A program made the position numbers and the translations under genes. From Anthoceros angustus (taxonomy: Eukaryota > Plantae > Anthocerotophyta): a stretch of DNA of 64,000 nt. The stretch's first letter is position 1. Each line of letters starts with the position of its first letter. Shown piece after piece: positions 23,096 through 34,662 of this stretch. The stretch is from assembly GCA_010909165.1 (NCBI GenBank), contig MU008177.1, positions 682,001 to 746,000 on the forward strand. The letters are read 5' to 3'. The notes beneath the pieces are model-generated. The model saw only the letters and a list, made by a program, of their open reading frames with translations. It was not told the DNA's origin and did not search any database.

Positions 23096-23640
23096 TCAAA
23101 GCTGGGCAGAAACATGAGATGCTGAGGTGCGGTCCCTTCTCCTACTGGCCTGCAGCAGAGCCCAGGCCTTGGTCCGCTCTGCACCGTACTTCCAAGGCTT
23201 CACTCGGCAGAGTCTCGTCATCGCTGTAGCAAGCCTCATAGCTTTTATCTTGTCCTGTGCTTGCTTCTTGGCAAACTCCGATCTCTGCAGCATCCGCTTC
23301 TTGTGCTTCCGGTCTCTGAGGCTGCCGTCGTTAGGGCGAGAGGGAGGACCTTCCTCGTCCTTGCCGACTTTAATCCAAGCATACGGTCCATTCCTCGTCC
23401 TCAGCAAGGCTCTCTAGGCGTAACTCCGCTGCTTGAACCACAGACATGCCAGCCCTGAGACCCAGTTGCTTTGAAAGCATGGTTGCAGTCTTGGCACAAG
23501 AGCGGGGTCCGCACAGCCACCTGACCAAAAGTCCCGACTGAGAATCCCGGCAGCGTGGTGCGGTCGGATCAGGTCAGGGTTGCGCACGCTCAAGAGGAAG
23601 CGGTGCGCCTGCCTCAGGGCTTGCAGCGTTCGGACGCCGC
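23096..23640 (-). pseudogene. Duplicate of the 8902-9468 gene lacking the ATG and carrying a premature TAG
   Basis: High by-eye identity to ~8630-9460 including the 3' flank (22825 onward). Codon AAG (K) became TAG at about 23414; the 5' end is replaced by the riboflavin synthase leader. Confidence 0.85.
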
Positions 23641-23680
23641 TCACTTCAAGCGGGAGCCTCCGGAATCTGGATCAGCTGCC

Positions 23681-24454
23681 ATGGCGGAGGCGGTCTTGTG
23701 TAGGTTTCACGGGGGGCCTGCCGCTGGGATCGCGCTCAGGCCGGGGCGGGCGCAGGGGCTGCGGGCGAAGAGGGGCCATGCAGGGCGGGTGTCCTGCGCG
23801 CGGGGGAGCAGGAGGCCGCCCAGTGCGCTCTTCACGGGGATCGTGGAGGAAATGGGGCGGGTGAAGGAGGTGCGGGAGGTGGACACCGGGGGCTTCCAGA
23901 TGACGGTGGAGGCGGCCCTGGTGCTGGAGGACGTGAAGCTCGGAGACAGCATCAGCGTGAACGGCACCTGCTTGACGGTCACCGCCTTCACTCCGGATTC
24001 CTTCTGCGTGGGCCTGGCGCCCGAGACGCTCCGGCGGACCTCGCTCGGGGAGGCTCCGCCCGGGGCGACAGTGAATCTGGAGCGCTCGCTGCAGCCGAGT
24101 TCCAGGATGGGAGGTCACTTCGTGCAGGGCCATGTGGACGGCACCGGCACCATCGTGTCCTTCGATCCCGAGGGGGACTCGCTGTGGGTCAAGGTGAAGG
24201 CTGCTCCGGAGCTGCTGCGTTACATCGTGCCCAAAGGGTACATTGCTGTGGACGGCACCAGCCTCACCGTGGTGAGTGTGCTGGATGACGAGAGCGCCTT
24301 CACCTTCATGCTCGTGGCCTACACGCAGCAGAAGATTGTTATTCCCAGCAAGAAGGTTGGTGATAAGGTGAACCTGGAGGTGGACATTGTCGGCAAGTAC
24401 GTGGAGCGGATGATGCAGGGATACAAGGCTGCTCCGTTTCCTGTTCCAGCGTGA
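23681..24454 (+). CDS. Riboflavin synthase (alpha chain), plastid-targeted, intronless
   Basis: LFTGIVEEMG; GDSISVNGTCLTV; ETLRRTSLG; VNLERSL...RMGGHFVQGHVDG; YIVPKGYIAVDGTSLTV; VNLEVDIVGKYVER. Confidence 0.97.
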   Translation: MAEAVLCRFHGGPAAGIALRPGRAQGLRAKRGHAGRVSCARGSRRPPSALFTGIVEEMGRVKEVREVDTGGFQMTVEAALVLEDVKLGDSISVNGTCLTVTAFTPDSFCVGLAPETLRRTSLGEAPPGATVNLERSLQPSSRMGGHFVQGHVDGTGTIVSFDPEGDSLWVKVKAAPELLRYIVPKGYIAVDGTSLTVVSVLDDESAFTFMLVAYTQQKIVIPSKKVGDKVNLEVDIVGKYVERMMQGYKAAPFPVPA

Positions 24455-25210
24455 GGACTGCCTTGAGCTTCAGTACTTGGAGCAGCGGATTCTTCTCATT
24501 TGTCTTCAGATTCTTCCCATTTGTCTTCAGAATGCTTGGACAGCAGCCAACAAGCGCCCGGTCGTCTGTGAGGGTTATGATTTCAGGAGCAGCCAAGGAC
24601 CTTCTGTGGTAGTTTGTGATGTGAGTGAAGCCACCTCCATCTGGAATGGTGAGACAGAAATAGAGCAACCTTGAGATTTCGCTTCAGATGAGGTCAAGAA
24701 GGTGATGAAATTCGGGCAGGTCCTCGAAGGAGGCGAAGTTCAACATAATCTCCAGTGTCACAATAACAGATAGTTCGCAACTCCCGGTTGCAGAGTGCTG
24801 AATAACTTAGTACAAGTACCCACATTCTGAAGATGAAAGGGGCTCACACTTGGAGTTCAAGTTGTCAGGACCTCAGTCTGTGATTGTCTTGTCGGCAAGT
24901 TGATGGAACTGTTCTACAGGCAAGGTACTGCAAGCAAGTCAGCTACATAGCACAGACCTCACCAGATTTGTGTGCTTCGCAGCTAACCTATCTCAAACTA
25001 CGTAGTAAAAGGGCAACAACAGACACAATCAGCCTGTCCTAAGAATTCTCATTCGAGTAAATAGTTTTCAAAATTTTGATTCCGCAATCCAGAAAGCCTC
25101 ATAAGTCTCCACAAGAAGTATTCTTCTCCACTCGAAAACGCTGTTCTCGTCTCCCAGTAGGAATCAGGTCAAAACCGTGTTAGCAAATTAGGGTTTCCGC
25201 ATCTGGAACG

Positions 25211-25796
25211 CTAGATGGCCAGGTACCGCTTGGATACTTGCTTGCCAGCAACAAGGCCGGCAGCAACCACGCCTCCCAACGCGCCTGCAATGGCGGCCGT
25301 GCGGGGGCCGGCAGCAGCCTTATAGAGAGCCCCGGTTCCAAGCCCCGCAGCTGCGCTGTTCAGAATGTCGTCACTGCTCCGGTAATGGCAAGCGGCGCTC
25401 TCCATGCCGGCGTAGAACAAGCCTAGAATGCCTAAAGTGTTGCCGTAGCTCCTGCCTCTGTGCCCCGAGGCATTCAACACCCGATTCACCCGCAGCTTGG
25501 CAGTGTCCCCCGCTTCTGTAGATCGTAAACCCTCGGCCAGCCCCTTTGCGCCTCCGGCAACAGCGCCCGACAGGTACCCGACTCCCGTGTAATACGTCAA
25601 GTTCTCGCTCCAACTCCGCCTCTTCACCGCGGCCTCCTCGGTGAAGAGCAGCTCCGGTGTGGTAGGCAGCCGGAAAATCGTGTCCAGTGACTTAGCATCC
25701 ACCGGCCCATACAGATCTGCGTAGGGGTTGTACAGGCGTGTGCCGCTGCCATCGCTGTCCCCTACAAATCCGCCGCCGTGCTCGGAATCCTCCATC
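25211..25796 (-). CDS. TIM23: Mitochondrial inner-membrane translocase subunit Tim23
   Basis: RLYNPY; LPTTPELLFTEEA...RRSWSENLTYYTG..YL.G; KLRVNRVLNASGHRGR..GN.LG..GL.YAGMES. Confidence 0.95.
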
Positions 25797-27018
25797 CGGC
25801 CAGTCCCCCAATTGCCTTCCTTCCCACGTCCAAAGCGCAATCAGAGCTGCAACACGTATCTCCCTGCCACGCGCAGAACACACCGACTTTCCTGGCATCC
25901 GCTTGTCTCCCTGTGCATCGCCCGCTGCCTGTGGTAACGGCGCAGATTTAACCAGGGCTACAGTGGCAGCAATCGGACCGGGGGAATTGTGCGTTATATT
26001 CCAGGATCTTCTTCCCTCGAGCTTCCAGTGACAGTCCACAAACGCTTATAGACTAGGTCCGTAAATGTGAATCAAACGCGTCACCGAGGATCGAAATCCA
26101 GACCGCCTATTCCCGAGACTTAACTGTCTACCACAGAGCTACATAACAGGGAGAGGAGCTTAAAGAGGAAGGCGACTTTCCATTTCTGAAAGACACGCTG
26201 AACCATGCCACCTCGCTCTCTCCTTCTCATCGCGCATAGACGATGCATTTTGTAAGTGCCCCACGGGAAAGCGGATATGAGGACGAGGGGGCCGCTGGGT
26301 GGGAGGCTATGGCTGCCACGGAGCAAACGGAGTCCGTGCTGCAACCCTGTGGAGGAATGGTGCAGGCGTTTATCAAGCCTTCGGGCCACGGCGGAGGACA
26401 GCAGTGGTGAAAGTGAGGGATTGGAAGTCGAGATTTATAGTTATCTGGCTGTTGGTGACTGTGTATTGGGGCAACAAATTGTGGGTGTTCTGGGGGGATG
26501 GAAATTTAAGACCTTATGCTGGATTGCAGATGAGCCAACAGGTGGGCAGTCTTTGCTGGTCGATTCTCATCGCAACTACTCCAGAACAAGGTTCCAGCAG
26601 GTAGGGTGGATGGTGATTTCCTGATGGCTCTGCTGTCAGCTTTTTGGGTTTGACAGTGTCAGGAGGTAATGACTGGCAGGCATCCTTGGTGGGCAGTTTG
26701 CAGCTGACCATGAGTAATCACCACAGACAGACCCCAAGTACGTGGATTTCGTGCACAGCACATCGAGGGAGAGGGAGGGCTGGCGGCTCGACCCTTGCTG
26801 GAACCCTGCTTGGGTCATCTCAAAAGATGCCGCCACACCCCAGCAAGGTCAACATGTGGCGGTAGGGAGAGCAGCTTACTTGGGGCTGGATCCAGTCAGG
26901 TACCTCTCTCCCGTTCAGGGGCTTCAGGGCTGTGGTCACCAGACAGGACTGGGTCTGACAAAAAAAAGTGGGAAAACCCTGCAGTGTTGAGAACAGTGAA
27001 GATTGTATTGAGTTATGG

Positions 27019-29106
27019 ATGAAATGGTGGGAGGATGGAGGGGTTGCTGGGGCCTATCAGGCGCCGGAGGCCATGAACCGGCGAGTGTTTGTTCCGAGGG
27101 AAATATTGTACCACATGTTGAAAGGGTGCATGGCAAGGCACGATCTGTTTCTTGGTAGGCGCATTCATGCTCTCGCTGTAAGAAGCGGGTACGGGATTGA
27201 CTCGTTTGTTGGAAACCAACTTATTCGGATGTACACCTCTCATGGGAGTTTGGGGGAAGCAAACCAGGTGTTCAACAAGCTCCCTGCGCCCAACCAGTTT
27301 GCGTGGGCTTCTATTATCGGAGCACATGGTGAGCAGGGTCAAGCTAAGGAAGCCGTAAGGCTCTATGAGCGCATGAAGCAAACAGGTGTGGAGCCAAATC
27401 AGTACATATTGGTAGCAGTGCTACAGGCATGTGCCTCTGCAGGGAATTTGTCGGCTGGCAAGCGGGTTCATGCTGACGTGATGGACAGTCGATTGGAATC
27501 GAACTTGTTTGTGGGAAGTACTTTGGTGGACATGTATGCCAAATGTGGGAGCTTGCAGGATGCTCGAAGGGTTTTTGATGCACTGCCTACCAGAAACGTC
27601 GTGACTTGGAGTGCAATCATAACAGCATATGCTCAGCATGGGCTTGGCCAGGGAGCCTTGGATCTTTACAAACAAATGCAGCAAGATGGCATGGCGGCAG
27701 CTAATCATGTCACTTTTCTAGGAATTTTGAAAGCTTGTAGTACAGTAGGGGCCATTCACGAGGGGAAGCAGATCCACTCAGAGATTCTAGGAAGGGGTCT
27801 TGAGGCAGATGTGTTTATAGGAAGCTGCCTGGTGGATATGTATGCAAAATGTGGGAGCCTTGAAGATGCACGGAGAGTCTTTGACAGACTATCAACCAGA
27901 AATCTGGTCACATGGAATGCCATGGTTGCTGGTTATGCTACGCAAGGGCTTGGTCAAGAGGCTCTAAAATTGTACTTCCAGATGGAGCAGAATGGGCTGT
28001 TGCTACCAAACCAAGTTACATTTGTGTGCATTCTTAAAGCGTGTAGCGGTATTGGGGCCATACAGCAGGGCAAGCGGATTCACTCGCAGATTCTGGAAAG
28101 GGGACTGGAAGCTGATGTGTTTGTGGGAAGCACCTTGGTGGATATGTATGGTAAATGTGGGGAACTGGAGGAGGCTCGCAAGGTGTTTGAAAACGTGTCA
28201 TCCAGAAACGTAGTCACATGGAATGCGCTCATCAATGCTTACGGCCAGCACAACGAGTGTGGAATGGCCATCCAGTGCTTTGAGGAGATGAAGGGTGCTG
28301 GTGTTGTCCCAGATGCGTCGACATTTGTTGGTCTGCTTATGGCCTGTAGTCATGTAGGTTGGGTAAGAGAGGGGCAACAGTACTTCGCTCTCATGACTCA
28401 AGAGCATAGGATACGGCCAGAGATCGAGCATTACACCTGCATGGTTGATCTCCTAGCTCGGGCAGGGCACCTGGCTGAAGCAGAACACATGTTGCAGACG
28501 GAGCCTCTTGCACATGACACGGTTGGGTGGATATCTCTCCTTCATGCTTGCAAGATGTTTGGCAACGTGGACCTCGGCAAGCGTTGCTTCGACCGCCTTG
28601 TGGAACTAGATCCACGACATGCCTCAGGATACACCATCATGTCAAACATCTACACAGATGCTGGAAGATGGGCAGATGCCGAATCCATCAAGAGTTTGAG
28701 AAAAAGCGCAGGTGCAGAAAAGAAGGCTGCAAGAGCCTTCATCGAAGTTAACAACAAGGTGCACGAGTTTGTAGTAGGACAGGAGCGTGGAGACACTGTT
28801 GCCAAACTGATCAGTCTGAACAGCCAAACGAAGGAGGAGGAGAAAGCAGACCATGCAGAGTCCACTGGCACAGAGCACGAAGAGGCCCTCTGCGGACATG
28901 CTGAGAAACTGGCATTGGCCTTTGGCCTCCTCAACACACCCGAGGGAACAAGCCTTCTGGTGGTCAAGAATCTGCGAATGTGCAATCACTGCCACTCCGC
29001 CACCAAGCTGTTGTCTAGGATAGAAAAGCGAGAGATTATCGTCAGAGATGCACACCGAGTTCATCACTTCACAAACGGAGTGTGCTCTTGCCGGGACCAC
29101 CGCTGA
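27019..29106 (+). CDS. PLS-class PPR protein (about 14 motifs, E1-E2) with DYW:KP-like deaminase domain ending ...CSCRDHR; true N-terminus unresolved
   Basis: L-S-P triplets (LVDMYAKCGSL.DARRVFD; VTWNA); E domains; KKAARAFIEVNNKVHEF in place of the PG box; HAEKLALAFGL; KNLRMCNHCH; HHF..GVCSC. Intronless. Confidence 0.95.
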   Translation: MKWWEDGGVAGAYQAPEAMNRRVFVPREILYHMLKGCMARHDLFLGRRIHALAVRSGYGIDSFVGNQLIRMYTSHGSLGEANQVFNKLPAPNQFAWASIIGAHGEQGQAKEAVRLYERMKQTGVEPNQYILVAVLQACASAGNLSAGKRVHADVMDSRLESNLFVGSTLVDMYAKCGSLQDARRVFDALPTRNVVTWSAIITAYAQHGLGQGALDLYKQMQQDGMAAANHVTFLGILKACSTVGAIHEGKQIHSEILGRGLEADVFIGSCLVDMYAKCGSLEDARRVFDRLSTRNLVTWNAMVAGYATQGLGQEALKLYFQMEQNGLLLPNQVTFVCILKACSGIGAIQQGKRIHSQILERGLEADVFVGSTLVDMYGKCGELEEARKVFENVSSRNVVTWNALINAYGQHNECGMAIQCFEEMKGAGVVPDASTFVGLLMACSHVGWVREGQQYFALMTQEHRIRPEIEHYTCMVDLLARAGHLAEAEHMLQTEPLAHDTVGWISLLHACKMFGNVDLGKRCFDRLVELDPRHASGYTIMSNIYTDAGRWADAESIKSLRKSAGAEKKAARAFIEVNNKVHEFVVGQERGDTVAKLISLNSQTKEEEKADHAESTGTEHEEALCGHAEKLALAFGLLNTPEGTSLLVVKNLRMCNHCHSATKLLSRIEKREIIVRDAHRVHHFTNGVCSCRDHR

Positions 29107-29331
29107 GAGTGGAGTTCATTAATGCCATGACATTTGTTCAAACTAGTTCTCACCCTTTCACCATGACCCTGTGATAAACGTTACGTAAGTAAATTCCCTC
29201 CTCATCAGCTAGCCTGGCTATCCAGAATACTTGCACGCATAAGGACCCATTCGGATTTTCCTAACAAGGATGATGATGAAGGCTCAGACGGCACCAGCCG
29301 GAGAGATTGAAGCAACGTGAGCAAGGTGGAA

Positions 29332-30162
29332 ATGGTGGGAGCCGAGGCGATTTGCAACACGGGACTCCCCGTGTGCAAGGCTGTTACCGTGCACCTGCTG
29401 TCAGGTACCTACAGACTCCGCGGCGTGCATCTGCAGCAATGCAACGCTTTCGGTGGCTGTAGGCTGAGACCTCGTCGCAGCCCTCGGCAGCTGATCGGCA
29501 AGCCTGCTTCCAGTTGCGCGGTGCCAAGAGCGGGGCCCTCTGATGAGGTTAGGGCAACGGAACAGGAAGAGCAGCAATCACCAGGAGTTGGTGCCAACGT
29601 CCAATCTGGTACGTGCTTCGTTGGTATGGTGCACAGTAGCGGCAGAGGCCAACTTCTTCTCCTGTCGCTGCGATTGTTTTTTTCTTGCATTGCAGAAGCA
29701 AGAGATCAGACAGAACAGCTGTGGCGTCTGCTTTTCTCCAATCCGTCCCAATGGTGGGATGATCGGAACAAGAAGGTGAGGTGACTTACCAGTTGGCAAT
29801 TGTGTGGATCCCCAGCTCCAGCAGTTTGGAATCAGATTTTGCTGTGAATTCATGGAGGAATGTGGTTTTACGTTCAGAGATACCCAAGTGACCCCGATTT
29901 TGTGAAGAAAGGCACGAAAGAGAGGCTGTGGATCGACGGTAATGTTCCTGCTTGGGTGCAAGCAGAGTTAGCTAAGTTGCCAGCGCCAGCTAGGCCACCG
30001 CCAAACGTGAGGCAGGCATACGCTCCTCCCTCTAACACAGAGCCGTACAGGCCAGGAGGTCGCATGGGACCCTCGCGCTACAGGCCGCCTGTCTCCGAGG
30101 CTGTGCAAGCCGATAGAGAGAGGCGGGCAAGGGAAATTCTGGAAGGGATCGGCTGGGAGTGA
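29332..30162 (+). CDS. Organelle-type protein with one OSB-like PDF motif; exons 29332-29608, 29696-29775, 29878-30162
   Basis: Spliced product contains LWRLLFSNPSQWWDDRNKK-RYPSDPDFVKKGTKERLWIDGNVPAWV, resembling the OSB PDF motif. GT-AG sites keep the frame. Confidence 0.75.
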
Positions 30163-30832
30163 CTATTCTTCGGGGGCGGACTGGAACGCCGTTCCTTGTA
30201 ATTACAGAACCGTTCCATGCAGTTACACAGACCATAGCCTCTCATTAGCCCCATAAGGTTAGGTTGAACAAAAATTCGGAATCGCAGAAATTATGTACAA
30301 CTCGACACTTTTTCCAAGGAAATTTGAAACAAGTCTGTCAAATTTGAAGTACCTAACTACGGGAAAGGATGCCAATCGGACTTGAGAAGGGAGGGTATAC
30401 AGAATTGCCTGCAATGCCACCTAAAAAATGCATCCGCCTGCAGCTCATAATTCCCCTAGTGGAAATCCAAACCGTCTGCATAGCAAAAATTCTATAAAAC
30501 TTATGCAGGTTCAATGGAAACCCAAGTACCAGTGAGCTGCTGCAATTTCAAAGCAACAGGCACCTGACCAGCGCACATCTAGAAATGTGCCCGCAGGCAA
30601 TTGTGGGATCTCTGAGCAAATTTAGCCACGAGGGGACCCCAACGAGAACTTACCAACGAGACCATAATGAACTTGTGATGACTACAGCAGCCACAGAGGG
30701 AAGTTGGGCATCCTCAAAACTTGCTGCATGATAACTTTGGACCACTGATGTGGAGGCCCTGCACCTCAGATATCTTTGCGGAACAATTGCTGTCCCTGCG
30801 TCCAATTTCTTGAACAGCTGCCTGCTCAACAT

Positions 30833-33800
30833 CTAGTCATAGGTCCGTCTTATGGGTAAACCCCTCTTTCCGGGATAATCCTCGCTGCCATCATTCCAGT
30901 CACGAGAATCATGCACTAATGCTGCTTCATGACGGCCAAAAGAAGCTGACCTGCTTGGGTCATTCGACCCAGACCCATAGCTTCCCGGCTTCAAGGTGCC
31001 AGGGCCATTGTTTGACTTATCCCCACCATACATGCCGCCAGGGGGCCCAAATACATCACGACCCTGAGATGGTTGAGATGGTTGAGGGCCCTCTGCTAAG
31101 CGGGAAAAGGGGGCATCCTTAGATGATGCACCGTATGGTCCAGGACTTCCATTTAGATAACTACTGCCCAATACATGGACAGGGCTCCTTGCAAGAGGGC
31201 TGAGAGCAGATCGTTGATTCATACTTCCACGGGCAGCTCCACCGATCGCAGATCCCAAGGAAGCTGATCTGGAAAAAGCTTGAGCAAGATCCGCAGCTGA
31301 TACAGGAGCAGTGTGGCCGAACTTACCAGGAGTTGTTGCAGGAACAGGATCCACTGATGCAGAGGCTGTTGCAGGGTTCCTGGCACCCATTGAAGGAGAA
31401 GATGGGGCTGGAGGGTCAGCAGGGCGCCGCCAGCTGTCCTGCTTATTGATGTCCCGACCTCTCTCCTGCTTTTCTATGTCTCGACGGATCTCAGCCCTGT
31501 CCTGTTCGCGACGATTATCAAACCTATCTGGATCCCGCCGAACGTTGTCTTCCTTTCGGCCATCCTTCCTATATGGACTACTATCCTTCCTGTCTGACTC
31601 CCTGCGGACCTCCTGCCTGTTGACAGCAATCCATACCATGTCTGTCAGACATCAAAACCCTGAATACCCCGTCAAGCTTTCATACTCTACAACAGGGAGA
31701 TAAAATCGCTGACCTTGCAACCGGTGTCACATTATGCTCAAGGCCAATTATTAGGGCATCATCTTCACCACGCTCCTTTAAGATCTGCAAGGGAAGCCAC
31801 CAAATGGCCCAATGAGCACCTTTTCTTGTTCACAAAATTGCCATATCTTGAAGATTCTTAGATATTCTACTCAAGACACACAGCATGAATAGCAGATGCT
31901 AAAACATCCATCATAGCAACTTACAAGCTCACGAGGGCGAGCACCACCGAAGACTGTGTTCCTGTGTACAGAAGCCATTGCCAACCTTCAGACTACTGGT
32001 GGAGATTTTTGTTTCATCCTCAAGCATACAATATGCACACATGTGGTAACTTTGCTGATAAAGATTCACCACCAACAAAAAGCTCAAATTTAACTGAACT
32101 GGCTATCCATACCTGACCTTCCCCGAACCATCCTCAATGGCAGGCTCAGTAACCTTGGATCGAGGCTTCAAATTTAGCCTGGGCCGCCCAGCCAGACGAC
32201 TTGAATCGTCACCATTCTCAGCCACCTGATTACCCGCAGTCAAACTTGAATCACTTGCCACACTATCCACAGATTCTGCAGGGATCTGCTCAACTGATCG
32301 CTTCTCTGGAATTATCAGCCGGCTTTCCTTCACAGTCTCCTACAAATGCCACCAGATTTCTTATACATCAAGGGCTAGTCCAACTGCAGCCCCTAAATCA
32401 AATAAAACTACATGCATTCCAAATCACTTGAAAAGCTCAAAGCCTCGAGGCTCACCTCGTGAATGATAGCTTCCACCGGTGGCTCCGTTGCCTTCTCTAA
32501 CGGCTTAGAACGAGGTAGAAGTTTGAGTTTCGGTCTTTCTGCCTGCTCAGGTCGAGCAGCAGCCACAGCAGTAGTAGTTTGGATGGGGTCTGCTGGTAGG
32601 GCAGGCGCAGTTATCGGGGCTTTAGAACTTTCAGTTTGAGATGAAAGCACATCTGGGGAACGAGTTCGACCATAAGAGCTTCCATTGCGCTCGCGATCAG
32701 CACTGTACGGCCCTCTGCTGCCATCGACATAGCTTCCCTTGTCTCTATCTGCTCCATAAGGAAGTCGTGCACCTTCAGAAATGTGTGCCCCTCGGCTTGC
32801 GCTAGACATAAAGTTGTCCCGGGGAGGCTCAGAAACATATGCATGCCGTCCACCTTCAGTGTTATCTGACAGATAGGAATCAGGGTAACTGCCCCGTTCC
32901 GCATAGGCACTGCGCCCATAACCACCTCTTCCGCTATCATTAAAAGGAACCCGATCAGGATACCCAACCCCCCTGCCCAGTTCACCATTATTCACAACCT
33001 CACCGTAGCCACCCCTGCTGCCGTCCACATACATAGGCCTACCCGAATCAAACCCAATTCTTCCTGCCTCAGGGTAGGCCCTGCTATCCAGGTACGCACC
33101 TCTCTCAGACTCTACAACTCTCTCAGGATCGTTGTAGCCAGCACCAGCAGCCCACCTATTATCCTCCAAATAACCACGACGGACCTCGTTGGGATAAGGT
33201 CCACGAGCTGCCTCAGCAGCAAGACCAACTCGACCTTGTTCCATGTAATGCACACGATTGTCACCACGATCCCTGGCAGGCTCGTGGTATGGTCCCCTGC
33301 CTGCATCCGGGTATCCACGAACATCTGCTTCAGGATAGTCCCCACGGTTGCCGTCACCTAAGCCCCTACCCCTACCTTCACCATACCTCATCCCCCTTCC
33401 AGAATCGCTGTAGCTTACTCTGCCACCGTCAGGGTAAGGACCACGACCTGGATCAGACAGATACCCAGGCTGCACCGCTTCTGCAGGAGGATGCCCACCC
33501 GCCTGAAACTGTGCAACATCCGGGTTGAATGCCGGGCGTCCACCATCTGATATATAGCCTGAGCCGTAAGCACTTGGCCTCACAGATGCCTCCTTGGGCT
33601 GTTCAGGCAGGGGCCGTCTATCCGCCGGCCACCGACCTGGTGCCCCCTTGTCCACCGAACCTGCGTCCACTGGTCTTTGATGCCGCCAAGGAGAAGAAGG
33701 GGCATTGTCATTTCCTGCAGTATCACCCGGCAGAACCCGACTGTATTCACCCTCTCGTCGAGCAGTCCATACATTAGGAGCTGGATCGGAGCCTGCCCTT

Positions 33801-34662
33801 GGGACCGCCACCGGTGCCAACAGCTGCTGCGCTCCAGCTCTCCAATTGCGCGGAGGTGGAGACGACGCATACTGAGCCACAAAAGGGGGTCCAGATATCT
33901 GCTGCGAGTGTTTTCCAAACGCAGCCTGCTCGGACGGAGCCGACGCCAGGGTGTCCTGGGGGCGAACCTGCAGCTTCTCGGAGGTGAGCTGGGAGGTGAG
34001 CTGCGCCTCTCGCTGGGGCAAACGTGGAGCAATGAGGCCAAACTCCTCGTGCACATAGTTATCAGTCTCAACCGGTCGGGACGGCTGGCTCCTTGAGAAT
34101 CTGTCATTGGATGGCAAGCCCCGAGCCTCCAATCCACCCTTCTCCTCATGCGAATACCGATCCACCGGCTTTTCATAAACCGGCCGCCGCTCCTCATACC
34201 GATCAAGATCCTCATACCTGTCCACGCTATGGCTGCTCCGGGGCCGACTGTCCACAGGCTTCCTCTCATCTTCATCGTAATTGCGGCCGATGTTAGCAGG
34301 ATTCGGAAAGTAGGACGCCTTCTCCTCAAAAGTCCGGACCCCATTCGGAGCACCCTGCCTGTTGTAACCACCACCACGATCCCCACCAAACCCCCTTCCC
34401 AAGGTGGGACTCATCCACGGCGCAGAGCTGGGCCTCTCGAAAGCGCTTCGGTCCACGGTCCTGCCACACCAGACAACAATCAGGCACGGGAGCACGGAAT
34501 GCAAGATTCCAACAACGGCAACCAGGAAAGCCCTTCAACGATCTAACAAGATCCTGATGCTTACATTCCAGGAGCAGACGGGAGAGGCAGATCCGAGGGA
34601 ATGGATCCTCCATGAAAATCCTTGAGAGTCATGGCAGCTCGGGGCATCTTCTTTTTCGACAT
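30833..34662 (-). CDS. Gly/Arg-rich intrinsically disordered protein, At4g17620-like (from memory); about 4 exons
   Basis: N-terminus MSKKKMPRAAMTLKDFHGGSIPSDLPLPSAPG; IGRNYDEDERKP; ERPKLKLLPRSKP; RPRLNLKPRS. ORFs 32408-34504, 32103-32333 and 30833-31639 join at plausible splice sites. Confidence 0.85.

Noticed and set aside
23412-23418. Premature TAG repaired by U-to-C editing
   Set aside because: The gene is nuclear, the other copy has AAG rather than CAG, and the ATG is also missing.
30650-30832. ORF continuing after the stop of the At4g17620-like gene
   Set aside because: Starts at an alternative codon right after a plausible stop; likely 3' UTR.
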